Below are positions 60,213 through 64,000 of a stretch of 64,000 nucleotides of DNA, one piece after another. Location: the NCBI GenBank assembly GCA_030390025.1, contig CM059432.1, forward strand, positions 67,706,001-67,770,000, written 5' to 3'. The notes beneath the pieces are model-generated. The model did no database searches and had not been told where the DNA came from. It saw only the letters and a list, made by a program, of their open reading frames with translations. This DNA is from Squalus acanthias (lineage: Eukaryota). A program made the position numbers and the translations under genes. Within the stretch, counting starts at the first letter, position 1. Every line of letters starts with the position of its first letter.

Positions 60213-61990
60213 GGGGGAGAAATTCATGCTCACCACAAAAGTTGCCGGTGCCATCGGCAACTGGAGTTAACGGCCGCTGAAAATGGCCACAATGCTAACA
60301 GGGCTAAATTATTCGGGGGGCCGGAGATTGTTGGCGCAGCACTTACCTTCTGTGCAACACCGTCCTGGTGGTGTTAGTGGAGGCATCTGACCCAAAGTTC
60401 CTGTCCAGGTGCAGCGTTCGAGCTTCATACAGCCTCTGGGAGCGAGGTTGTGGAGCTCACAAGGAATTGTGGGCAATGAAAAGGGCTGTGAATTAAAAGG
60501 GCCGCGCACTCAGAACTAATTTAATAAAATGCAGTGAAACAATGCAGTTTTTAGGCCTTTCTGCCCTTCAAAAAAAGTGCTTCAGCACTGACACAAATAG
60601 CTCAGCAATCCAGGGAAGGGGCATCCAGGGTCTCGCACGCAGCACTCCAGCTTTGTGCAGGAGGTCAACACTGCAAGACAGGTCCTCTACACACAGGGGC
60701 CAGGAGGACCTCCAGAAAGAAGGATGTGGGACCACATCACCGAGGCCATCACTGCCAGCAGTGTTGCCTCCACCACCTGCCTCCAGTGCCCAAAGAAGCT
60801 TCATGACCTCAGACCACTGGTCAAGGTCAGTGAATGCATCTTTAAAAGCTGTCTCCTACCAACTGCACCACAAGCCTCACGCACTGCTCAATGCACGACT
60901 CCCCTCCCCCAAACTGTCACCTAAAAGTCCTCAAGGTCAACCAGCAAGGCCATTTGCAGTGTCCTCCACTGAAAGTCAGCAGCCTTCCACCAGCCATGCT
61001 GCAGCCACTGGGGTAGCACTACATGGCATCGGTAGGATAGGCAAAGTCACACACAAGACAGTCACTAAGAGAATGTACATGGGTGATGAGTTGATTTCTT
61101 AATGACATATTGGATGGATAAAGTTGGATTGGAAAGTTTTGCTTTGTGGTGGCTTTTATTTCAGCATCATGGCCAAGAGGGCATTGTGATAGTCAGTAAC
61201 AGATGCAAGGTAAGGTGTGGGAGTAATGTTGAAAGTGGAATTGGGGTTGTGGTCACTGGGACCGTAGGCAGATGATTCCATCCCAGATATCCCGGCCACA
61301 AAGGGGCTGTCTGGGATGCATTCTTCTGTCTGCTTCCTCCTCTTCTGCTTCTTTTTTTTCGGCTTCCTCCTCTTCTGTGACTTCCTCTTCCCTCTGCGAG
61401 CGGATGCTGTAAATCTGAAATGACTGCATAAAATGCTGGAAACACTCAGCTGGTCAGGCAGCATCTTGACCTGAGACGTGAACTCTGTTTTTCTCTCCAC
61501 GGATGTTGCCTGATGTGCTGAGTATTTGCAGCATTTTCTGTCTTCTCAAATGCGTTAATTTACCATCCGAGCCCTTGTAAGCATCCAGCAGCACTCTCTA
61601 CACACTTAAAAGACTTTGCAGCAAGCCACTACTTCAATAAAAATTTTTTAAAAACAGTCCAAATGCTTAAATACAAACTTACCTGAAAGATGTCTGTGTT
61701 CCTTTAAGAGGTGCTGATATCGCCACTGTCAGCCTGCTTGTGCGCCAGGTTTACCTGGCGTGCTTAAGACCCAGCGCTGAATTCAGGACTAGGGTCGAAG
61801 TTCATGTTGGTGACGTTAAGTCGGCATTTTTTTCAGCATGGCGCTGCCAGTTACCAGCAGCACACAGATAAGCACGAAAACGGTGGCTGCTGCAGGACCC
61901 GCCACCAGCTGATGAAAGAGTAGCAGATGGCCTTTTAGCGCCATTTAATGGCGCTAAGGAGTGGCGCTCAGGCCACGAATTTCTAGACCC
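60213..61990. mobile_element. Degraded Harbinger-like relic, boundaries approximate
   Basis: Myb-like fragment (MWDHITEA...QCPKKLHDL) at ~60655-60830; ends resemble GGGGAGAAATTC/GAATTTCTAGACCC. Confidence 0.5.
61429..61541. repeat. Short fold-back repeat (MER6/Penelope-associated type)
   Basis: AAAATGCTGGAAACACTCAGC..TCAGGCAGCATC pairs imperfectly with GATGTTGCCTGA..GCTGAGTATTTGCAGCATTTT. Confidence 0.6.
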
Positions 61991-62338
61991 TTGCATTTCT
62001 ATCCTTTAACATAGTAAAACGTCCCAAGGTGCTTCACAGGAGCGTAATCAGACAAAAATTGATCAACTAAAGATGGAGATATTAGGATGGTGACTAAAAG
62101 CTTCATCAGAGAGGCATGTTTTAAGGAGTATCTTAAAGGAGGAGAGAGAGTTGTGGAGGCGGAGAGATTTTGGAAGGGAATTCCACAGCTTAGGACCTAG
62201 CAGTTGAAGGCAAGACCGCCAATGCTGGGCCAATGGGAGTGGGAGATTCACAAGAGGGCAGAGTTGGAAATACACAGAGCTCTCAGAGTGCTGGAGACGT
62301 TTACACAGATAGGGAGTGGCGAGGCCATGGAGGGATGC
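61991..62338 (-). mobile_element. L2 LINE 3' fragment
   Basis: Colinear with 26940-27300. Confidence 0.7.
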
Positions 62339-63161
62339 AATTTTGAGGGAAAACAACTTCCGTCTAGCTCATTACCTTTCACGTCAGTGTTTTTTTTAAA
62401 AAAAATGTATGAATGCACTTCGCTTTAAAACACAAACCTTAAATGTATTTCTTTTCAAATCTTTCCTGTGGAAAAGTAGTCAAAAAAATCCTGAAATGTG
62501 ACAGTTATTGTTAAAAATAGTTCATTATTTTTTTGAAAACAGACTTTCAAAAGGAGATTCAACTGTTTGGAAAATGCAAGCAATGAGTCAATGTTAGCTG
62601 AAGATACTGTGACAAGCACCCAGACATCAAGAGACGATAGACAACTGCAAGGCAAACTATTCCACACCACTGAGCTGATGGAAATGACAGGATTGTCCCT
62701 AAGTGTAGGTCTTTACATTTTCGCAAATCAAATGGGATTCCTATTTGAAATCCTAGCAAAGGGCAATTTCTGTTTTTATAAAAATGTAATATCTGTATTG
62801 GGTGCAAAATCACATTCATAGGACAATTCAAATAAGTCAGAATTGCTAAGGCATATTTCTCTAACGGTTCATCAAAAAAATGGATTATCCTGAGCTGAAG
62901 TTAAAACATTTGTGTGTTGCGGCAATTTAGCACACAATAAATCATTTTTTTTCCACAGCACGTGTTTTCATTGGAAGTGCAAAATGAAGAGCTTCCAGGC
63001 AAATAAGAAGACTGATGAAGAAACTAGTGCATATTCAAAATATTGCAACATAAGGGCTTTCCTTTTTTCTGCCCATTTGTCCATGAGTACTAAACATTGC
63101 AATTTAAAAGAATCAGTGCATGATCTGGAAAAAAATGTCCTTAATGCAAGGAACTGTTGGA

Positions 63162-63300
63162 CTCTAAGGGAATCAAGGGATATGGGGATCGAGCAGGAAA
63201 GGAGTTGATGTAGAAGATCCACCATGATCTTATTGAATGGCAGAGCAGGCTTCAGGGGCTGTATGGCCTACTCCCGCCCCTATTTTTATGTTCTTATGTA
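63162..63300 (+). mobile_element. CR1 3' tail fragment
   Basis: KGIKGYG-like end with a TATGTTCT tail. Confidence 0.7.
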
Positions 63301-64000
63301 ACATTTGAGTCATATTCTAAATACAGCTGCAGCACATTACATTAAAAAAAAATGCTGAAGGTAAAGTTCAGCCAAATCCAAACTGAATTCACAAAGCTAC
63401 ATATACAGCGTGGATTGACTGATCTCTCAAAAATGTGGAGGAGTTCCGATTATTGCTGCTTCTCCTTCTCCATAGGTAAAAAACTGAATCAACTGTTCAA
63501 ATATGCATTCTTTTAAAGCATAGTTTGCATTACCAAATATAAACTTGACTTCCATTGAACCCATTCAAAGCTATTATAATCTCTGAATTGGATAATGTAT
63601 CTGCAAAAGATTTTGTAATTAGCTTGTTACCTTTTATCTTTAAATATCATCCACTTTAATTATATGCAAAGGGCATGAATAGTATGTTAATATATTCACT
63701 ACACTTGTAGTGCATTTAATTTTCTAGTTGATCTATTTTTAATGTGTAGCGTGGCCAGCAGTCAGTTATGATAAACCTCTCGGTGAGCTTTCTGATGAGC
63801 CTCACAGTTGGCGAGAAACCTTAGCTGATAGCTGCTGCAGACTTCTTTTATTACACAAGTGAGAAATATTACATAAAATTGGAGTTTTCCCAGTTTCCTC
63901 ACTTTTAGAGATGGAAAATGGTTTTCTACCCATTTTTGGGCCTGAAACAGGCAGCATGCTGGCAGTGGAATATGCACATGCGCACGCGCACCACCCGCCC

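Overview
This window is vertebrate intergenic or intronic DNA made almost entirely of transposable elements. It is very probably from a shark or other elasmobranch, judging by dense CR1 LINEs with an esterase ORF1, an HE1-like SINE and Deu/SacSINE-like SINEs. No host gene could be supported. The main object is a young, complete 12.75-kb endogenous retrovirus-like provirus on the minus strand (111-12859). It has ~1.66-kb near-identical LTRs, a 4-bp TSD (ACAG) and a perfect tRNA-Arg(TCG) PBS. Gag is joined to pol by an in-frame CAA-UGA-CUAG readthrough codon, and pol has dual RNase H (degenerate tether plus RNase HI). Env is not of orthoretroviral type: signal peptide, then an immunoglobulin-like domain, then a paramyxo/pneumovirus-F-like class I fusion protein. 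This architecture fits lokiretroviruses, and the Ig-domain cap on Env is the most unusual feature. The window also holds an intact Gypsy element with identical LTRs and a candidate self-priming site, a near-intact two-gene PIF/Harbinger transposon with related MITEs and relics, a probable 1.4-kb solo LTR, a decayed Gypsy, a Penelope fragment and many nested CR1 copies. All calls come from reading the sequence and motifs by eye; no database search was run.
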